From assembly GCA_963749915.1 (NCBI GenBank), contig CAVVOP010000008.1, forward strand, positions 480,001 through 544,000: 64,000 bases of DNA. Direction: 5' to 3'. This DNA comes from an uncultured cyanobacterium. Its GTDB lineage: Bacteria; Cyanobacteriota; Cyanobacteriia; Cyanobacteriales; Cyanobacteriaceae. The notes beneath the pieces were generated by a model that worked only from the letters and a program-made list of their open reading frames with translations, did not search any database and was not told the origin of the DNA. Numbering within the stretch: the first letter of the stretch is position 1; the number at the start of each line of letters is the position of its first letter. Position numbers and translations under genes: made by a program. This document shows positions 61,176-64,000 of this stretch, in pieces.

Positions 61176-62993
61176 ATGAATTTTTTTAGCGAAACTATCT
61201 GGTTTATACCCTGTTATACCTTGATTGGTGGTTTCTTTGCCCTATTATGGTCCCCCGGTGTTATTCGCAAAACAGGATCACGTCCGGCAGGTTATATAAA
61301 TATTTTGATGACATCTTTTGCTTTTATTCACAGTGTCATTGCTTTATATCAAATTTGGGAAAAACCTGCCCAGGAATTTAGATTTACATGGTTAGAAGCC
61401 GCAGGAATAAATATCTCTTTTGATATACAAATTTCTTCTATCAGTGTTGGCGCTTTAGCCTTGATTACTGGGTTAAATGTCTTATGTCAATTATACGCTG
61501 TCGGTTACTTAGAGATGGATTGGGGATGGGCGAGATTTTACGCCTTAATGGGATTTTTTGAGGCAGGAATGTGTGGTTTAGTCTTGTGTAATTCTCTTTT
61601 CTTCAGTTATGTCTATTTAGAAATTCTTACCCTAGGCACTTATTTATTAGTAGGTTTTTGGTTTGCACAACCTCTCGTTATCTCCGGCGCTAGGGATGCT
61701 TTTTGGACAAAACGGGTGGGAGATATTTTATTATTGATGGGAGTAATCGCTATTTACCCCTTTTCTAGGACATGGAATTATAATTATCTGGGTTTTTGGG
61801 CAGAAAATTCGCCTATCGATTCGAATATCTCTACTTTACTGTGTTTAGCCTTAATTTTTGGACCTATCGCTAAATGTGCCCAGATCCCTTTACAATTATG
61901 GTTGGATGAGGCTATGGAAGGTCCTTTACCTGCTTCTATCCTCCGTAATGGTATTGTTGTGGCTGTTGGGGCTTATGTTCTTATTCAGTTACAACCAGTA
62001 TTAACAATCTCCCCCATAACTTCAACAGTAGTAATTGCTATTGGTGCTGTAACTGCCGTATTATCATCTTTAATTGCCATCGCCCAAATTGACATTAAAC
62101 GGGTACTTTCTTATACTGTAAGTGCTTACATGGGTTTAGTCTTTATCGCCGTTGGTAGTAATCACCCCAACACCGCCTTATTGTTAATCGTGATTTATGC
62201 CGTTGCCATGGCTTTACTTTACATGAGTATTGGCACTGTTATTATTAGTAACATCACCCAAAATATAACTCAATTAGGTGGTTTATGGTCTCGTCGTCCT
62301 ATTTCTGGTATATCTTTCTTAGTAGGCACATTCGGTTTAGTGGCTTTTCCTCCCCTCGGCGCTTTTTCGATTCTTCCCCGTCTTGGTAATGAGTTGTTTT
62401 CGACTCAATCTTGGTTACTAGGAGTATTACTGTTAGTTAATGCCTTAACTGCTTTTAGTCTCTTACGGGCTTTTTCTTTGATATTTCTCGGTGAGGCAAA
62501 ACCAATGACAGTTCGATCGCCCGAAGTTTTATGGGCGATGGTGTTACCGATGATGATTTTAACAGGAGTCACGTTACATTTACCCTTAATTTTGGAACAA
62601 TTTCACCTGATTGATTTCGATGTCAAATTAGGAATTTTTTTCACTTTATCAACACTAATTGGAGGGGGATTAGCGATATTAATTTACGGTAAAAAATCAA
62701 AGGATGAAACCATAACAATTGTCCCCGAATTTATCCGCAATTTCTTCACCTATGATCTTTATATTCAAGACATATATAAAGTAACAATTGTAGGCTTAGT
62801 AAATCTTGCCGCAAAATTAGCCTATTGGTTCGATCGATATATAGTAGATGGAGTCGTAAATTTAGTCGGTTTAAGTACTATTTTTGGAGGACAAGCCCTT
62901 AAATATAGTACTTCTGGGCAATCGCAACTCTATATTTTATCAATACTTTTAGGATTGGTTTTTGTAGCGATAATATTCGGCTTAACTCAATAA
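61176..62993 (+). CDS. ndhF3: NDH-1 subunit F, CO2-uptake type (NdhF3-like)
   Basis: Start moved to ATG 61176. WSPG..RKTGSRPAGY, GYLEMDWGWARF, WLDEAMEGP, STSGQSQ. Confidence 0.78.
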   Translation: MNFFSETIWFIPCYTLIGGFFALLWSPGVIRKTGSRPAGYINILMTSFAFIHSVIALYQIWEKPAQEFRFTWLEAAGINISFDIQISSISVGALALITGLNVLCQLYAVGYLEMDWGWARFYALMGFFEAGMCGLVLCNSLFFSYVYLEILTLGTYLLVGFWFAQPLVISGARDAFWTKRVGDILLLMGVIAIYPFSRTWNYNYLGFWAENSPIDSNISTLLCLALIFGPIAKCAQIPLQLWLDEAMEGPLPASILRNGIVVAVGAYVLIQLQPVLTISPITSTVVIAIGAVTAVLSSLIAIAQIDIKRVLSYTVSAYMGLVFIAVGSNHPNTALLLIVIYAVAMALLYMSIGTVIISNITQNITQLGGLWSRRPISGISFLVGTFGLVAFPPLGAFSILPRLGNELFSTQSWLLGVLLLVNALTAFSLLRAFSLIFLGEAKPMTVRSPEVLWAMVLPMMILTGVTLHLPLILEQFHLIDFDVKLGIFFTLSTLIGGGLAILIYGKKSKDETITIVPEFIRNFFTYDLYIQDIYKVTIVGLVNLAAKLAYWFDRYIVDGVVNLVGLSTIFGGQALKYSTSGQSQLYILSILLGLVFVAIIFGLTQ

Positions 62994-63096
62994 AAAATAG
63001 TATGTAAAGTATAGAGTAAAAAGCATTGAAACCTCCGAATGATATCAGTACTGACTTAACTCCTGTAATAAATTTAATTATAAATAACCAGTAAAA

Positions 63097-64000
63097 ATGC
63101 TTAACTTAACTTTAATATTGCCAATTATTGGAGCAATAATTATAGGTATTTTACCTACCCAAAAAGAAAGTAACCTCAATAAAAATATTGCTTTAATTTT
63201 TAGCAGTGCCACCTTTATTATTAGTTGTTTAATTGCTCTTAACTTTGATTATAATAACGGTGATTTTCAATATCAAACATTTCTGTCATGGTTACCATTT
63301 TTAGGGTTAAATTATACCGTTGGTGTTGATGGCCTATCTTTACCCTTAATTATCTTAAATGGATTAATCGTTACTCTGGCTATTTATAACGGAGAAACCA
63401 AAGAAAATAGTGTAAATAAACCCAAACTTTACTATATTTTAATTCTCCTATTAACTACCTGCGTAAATGGTGTATTAATCGCCCAAAATCTGTTATTATT
63501 TTTCCTCTTTTATGAAATCAAATTAGTGCCAATTTACCTCTTAATTTCTATTTGGGGGAAAGATAAACGCAATTATGCCGCTACGAAATATTTACTTTAT
63601 ACAGCCTTTTCTGGCATCTTTGTTTTAACCGCATTTTTAGGCTTAAATTTCCTTAGCGATGGCAACAGTTTTGACTTCGATAAAGTAACAACGGAAGTTT
63701 TACCCCAAGCCAAACAAATTATCTTATTACTAACCATATTTATCGGTTTTGCCATCAAAATTCCCATTTTTCCTCTCCATACATGGCTACCTGATGCCTA
63801 TACCGAAGCCTCTACCCCTGTATCGATGTTATTAGGAGGTATTATCTCGAAACTTGGCACTTATGGCTTAATTCGCTTCGGGTTACAACTATTTCCTGAT
63901 ATTTGGAAAGATATATCGTCATATTTAGCGATCATTGCGGTTATTAGTGCTATTTATGGCTCATTGGTAGCGATTTCACAAACAGATATGAAGAAAATGA
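63097..64000 (+). CDS. ndhD3: NDH-1 subunit D, CO2-uptake type (NdhD3-like; partial)
   Basis: Not in the ORF track. My translation from ATG 63097 gives GVDGLSLPL, AQNLLLFFLFYE, YAATKYLLYTA, KIPIFPLHTWLPDAY, KLGTYG; open to the window end. Confidence 0.78.
   Translation, partial: MLNLTLILPIIGAIIIGILPTQKESNLNKNIALIFSSATFIISCLIALNFDYNNGDFQYQTFLSWLPFLGLNYTVGVDGLSLPLIILNGLIVTLAIYNGETKENSVNKPKLYYILILLLTTCVNGVLIAQNLLLFFLFYEIKLVPIYLLISIWGKDKRNYAATKYLLYTAFSGIFVLTAFLGLNFLSDGNSFDFDKVTTEVLPQAKQIILLLTIFIGFAIKIPIFPLHTWLPDAYTEASTPVSMLLGGIISKLGTYGLIRFGLQLFPDIWKDISSYLAIIAVISAIYGSLVAISQTDMKKM

Overview
AT-rich cyanobacterial chromosome segment, with HIP1 GCGATCGC sites, rpaA, ccmP, vipp1, phycoerythrin genes cpeC/cpeR and ndhR-ndhF-ndhD. 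It is most like a unicellular, phycoerythrin-containing Geminocystis/Cyanobacterium-type strain; this is an inference. The housekeeping backbone includes ppk2, iscS, 6S RNA, cobU, ssb, tRNA-His, rpsP-khpA, lptA/B/F, bioU, mutT, ahcY, tsaB, recG and recJ. Four accessory patches interrupt it. (1) ~12.2-14.6 kb: a small secreted protein plus an M23/PG-binding protein ending in a domain closely resembling animal goose-type lysozyme, flanked by ends of one MITE family. (2) ~24.4-37.9 kb: an OFA-MFS transporter/acs operon, a cluster of IS fragments, a eukaryote-like sterol Delta7-reductase, a glycogen phosphorylase and a P-type ATPase with an altered Ca2+ site I. (3) An mscS gene next to a truncated DUF928 gene. 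(4) A stand-alone A-MT-T-R NRPS-like gene with no surrounding cluster. Several MITE families, heptamer repeats and a GC-rich multi-stem element are scattered in intergenic DNA. No CRISPR array or rRNA was seen. All calls come from motif recognition and by-eye alignment; no database searches were run.
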